DNA of 64,000 bases from Steroidobacteraceae bacterium (GTDB taxonomy: Bacteria; Pseudomonadota; Gammaproteobacteria; Steroidobacterales; Steroidobacteraceae). Below the pieces are notes generated by a model. The model saw nothing but the letters and a program-made list of their open reading frames with translations, did not search any database and was not told the DNA's origin. The translations under genes were made by a program, and so were the position numbers. Below are positions 59,315 through 64,000 of the stretch, in pieces (positions within the stretch are counted from its first letter, which is position 1; every line of letters starts with the position of its first letter). Where the stretch lies: positions 21,202 through 85,201 of the forward strand of contig JBOHZL010000004.1 of NCBI GenBank assembly GCA_050738495.1, in the 5' to 3' direction.

Positions 59315-60179
59315 GGGTCTGCTCCGTCGTGATCGCGAGCGCCCTGCCGGACGCCGCCGTCTTCTGCTGCTGCAGCCAGGCATCGAACTCCGCCGGGGGC
59401 TTGGCGACGACGACGATCGGCATGAAGCCGTGATCGGCGCCGCACAGTTCCGCGCACTGGCCGCGATACGTGCCGGGCTTGTCCGCATCGACCGAGATCC
59501 ACATCTCGTTGATGAAGCCGGGGACAGCGTCGCGCTTCATGCCGAAGTCCGGCACCCACCAGGCGTGGATCACGTCGTTCGCCGTCAGCAGGATCCGGAT
59601 CTTGACGCCGGTCGGCACGACCAGCGGGTGGTCGACGTCGAGCAGGTAGTTCGGGACCGTCCCGGGGTCGATGCCGGATCCGCGTTGCCGCGCAAGGCCG
59701 CTCTCGCGTGTGAGCCGGCTGAAGAAAGCCACTTCATGGCCCAGGTACTCGTAATGCCATTGCCACTGGTATCCGGTGACCTTGACGGTGAGTCCGGAAC
59801 CGGAAGTGTCTTCGATCTTGATGACCTTGGCGACGGCGGGGATCGCCATGCCGACCAGGATCAGCACCGGGATGATGGTCCAGGTCGCCTCGAGCCGCGC
59901 GTTGTGCAGGAATTTCTGGTCGGGCACCGCGCCGCGCGATTTCCGGAACCGGACCATCGCGACGATCATGGCGCCGAAGGTGACGACGGCGATGGCCGTG
60001 CAGATCCAGAACATGACCATGTGCATGTCGTAGATCTCGCGCGACAGCTCGCTGACGCCCTCGGGCATGTTGATCCCGCCCCAGTCCGCGCGGGCCGGGA
60101 CGGCGACGAGCGCCGCGAGGGCGCTGCCGACGATCGACCAGCTCGATTTTTCGATCGCGCTCTTCACCGGATCTCCCAT
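59301..60179 (-). CDS. coxB: cytochrome c oxidase subunit II
   Basis: 292 aa, two TM, CuA site ...DVIHAWWVPDFG...GQCAELCGADHGFMP... 14-nt overlap with coxA. Confidence 0.92.
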   Translation of the reverse strand: MGDPVKSAIEKSSWSIVGSALAALVAVPARADWGGINMPEGVSELSREIYDMHMVMFWICTAIAVVTFGAMIVAMVRFRKSRGAVPDQKFLHNARLEATWTIIPVLILVGMAIPAVAKVIKIEDTSGSGLTVKVTGYQWQWHYEYLGHEVAFFSRLTRESGLARQRGSGIDPGTVPNYLLDVDHPLVVPTGVKIRILLTANDVIHAWWVPDFGMKRDAVPGFINEMWISVDADKPGTYRGQCAELCGADHGFMPIVVVAKPPAEFDAWLQQQKTAASGRALAITTEQTHGAR

Positions 60180-60295
60180 GACAGGCAGCCCGCCGGAAGC
60201 GGGCTCATGGCCCGCGCATCGTAAGGGACGCGCGAACCCGCCGCAATCCGATTTTCTCCTTGCTTTCCAGCGGGATATGGCGATTCCGCGGGACC

Positions 60296-60982
60296 TCAGG
60301 CGGGTCTCAACCGGAGCGCTCCGGAAAGCGCGGCAGCGGCCTGCGCGATCTCCGGTTCAGGCATCCACGGCACGCGCCCGAGACAGGGCGCAGGCAGCCG
60401 CGCTTCGAGGGTCGCGCAGTTGGCCGAGGCACGGTCGAAGGCGGGGTCGATGGCATTGCCGATCCATCCCGCGAGCGTGAGCCCGCGCGCGGCGATCGCC
60501 TCCGCCGTCAGCAGGGCGTGGTTCAGGCAGCCGAGGCGAATCCCGACGACCAGCACGACCTCCATTCCCAGGAGGCCAGGCAATTCGGCGCAAGAGCGGC
60601 GCGCATCGAGCGGCACCAGCAAGCCGCCTGCGCCTTCGGCCAGCACGACTTCGGCCGATTCCGAGAGGCGCTCATGCGCCGCGACGATCGGCGCGGTGTC
60701 GATCGTGATGCCGGCCTCGGCCGCCGCGATGTGCGGCGCGATCGCCGGTTCGAACAGCCAGGGATTCACGATCGCATAGGGATGGCGGACGCTCGATTCG
60801 GCCTGCAGCAGCAGCGCATCTTCATTGGCGCGGCCTTCCGGCCCGTCGACCGCGCCGGCCGCGACCGGCTTCATGCCGGCAACCCTGATACCCGCCTCGC
60901 GCAGGCGCCGCAGGAGCGCGGCCGTCACCAACGTCTTGCCGACGCCGGTGTCGGTGCCGGTGACGAAGTAGCTGCGCCGCAC
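60296..60982 (-). CDS. bioD: dethiobiotin synthase
   Basis: 228 aa. YFVTGTDTGVGKT P-loop, ...EGAGG..VP... motif. Confidence 0.88.
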   Translation of the reverse strand: MRRSYFVTGTDTGVGKTLVTAALLRRLREAGIRVAGMKPVAAGAVDGPEGRANEDALLLQAESSVRHPYAIVNPWLFEPAIAPHIAAAEAGITIDTAPIVAAHERLSESAEVVLAEGAGGLLVPLDARRSCAELPGLLGMEVVLVVGIRLGCLNHALLTAEAIAARGLTLAGWIGNAIDPAFDRASANCATLEARLPAPCLGRVPWMPEPEIAQAAAALSGALRLRPA

Positions 60983-60989
60983 GGCGGCG

Positions 60990-61313
60990 CTATTTCATCT
61001 CGGCCAGCGCGAGCGCCGAGTGGGCGAAGGCCGCGCCGGCACGCATCTCGGCCGCCACCCAGATCGCTTCCATGAGCTCCTCGGGTGTCGCGCCGGCCCG
61101 CTCGGCAGAACGGGTGTGGCCGCGGATGCAATACGGGCATTGCGTCACGTGCGCGACGGCGACCGCGATGATCTCCTTGGTCTTCGTGGAGAGCGCGCCT
61201 TCCGCGAACACCTGCTTGCCGAATTCGCGGAACGCACGCTCGGTGTCCGGGGCGAGGGCGGTGCGCCGTGCGGCCAGGGACTGGGACGGCGGCATTGCTG
61301 TGGAATCGGTCAT
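60990..61313 (-). CDS. carboxymuconolactone decarboxylase / AhpD-like family protein
   Basis: 107 aa from MTDSTAM (AGGAG 6 nt upstream). ...KTKEIIAVAVAHVTQCPYCI.GH... CxxC motif of the CMD family. Confidence 0.8.
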   Translation of the reverse strand: MTDSTAMPPSQSLAARRTALAPDTERAFREFGKQVFAEGALSTKTKEIIAVAVAHVTQCPYCIRGHTRSAERAGATPEELMEAIWVAAEMRAGAAFAHSALALAEMK

Positions 61314-61448
61314 GGCGAGGCTCCTGTGACAGACGGAATGGTACGCGTGTTTCCGGAGCACAGCGGGAGGCCCGTGCCGGCAGCGAAATGGGCGTAGGGT
61401 ATTCTAGTCCTGCTTTACGGCATCCATCCGCGAAGCAAGGTGCGCAGC

Positions 61449-64000
<2,552 letters not shown>

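Overview
Very GC-rich proteobacterial chromosomal segment (gammaproteobacterial gene order; GC not computed), densely packed with conserved genes, many joined by 1-4 nt start/stop overlaps. No rRNA, tRNA, CRISPR array, transposase or integrase was recognised. Left to right: (i) sarcosine oxidase soxBDAG with an overlapping TonB-dependent receptor. (ii) ydeI-like, small membrane protein and DUF924 genes. (iii) A visibly AT-richer ~2.4 kb island (about 8.3-10.6 kb). I read it as an integron-type gene-cassette array with attC sites but no integrase (CALIN), carrying BrnT/BrnA, a GFA-family protein, HigB/HigA and a DUF5076-like protein. (iv) betA-betB, a divergent betaine/choline ABC importer, a glycerophosphodiesterase lipoprotein and glpT, then a convergent EamA-HAD-MFS operon. 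(v) A peptide-uptake trio: OPT transporter, ACE-like M2 peptidase lipoprotein, POT transporter. (vi) tatCBA, dtd, a TPR gene, trkH-trkA, uvrD, and an AI-2E/HIT/EEP/acs chain. (vii) An aa3-type cytochrome oxidase gene set split into two halves (cyoE-LysR-ctaA-hyp-SURF1-DUF2909, and coxB-coxA-small protein-cox11-coxC). About 11 kb separates them, holding hpt, a Zn-ADH, an RND-adaptor-PD40 operon, a tandem transmembrane Ser/Thr kinase plus predicted pseudokinase pair with C-terminal Calx-beta-like domains, and a deoxynucleoside kinase. (viii) bioD, an AhpD/CMD-family gene and the 5' part of acnA. The most unusual items are the integrase-less cassette array and the kinase/pseudokinase pair. Most long ORFs in the supplied track are antisense or out-of-frame artefacts of high GC. 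Several real genes start well inside the listed ORFs, and three genes or candidates (acnA, a 35-aa cox protein, a 27-aa ORF) are not in the track at all.
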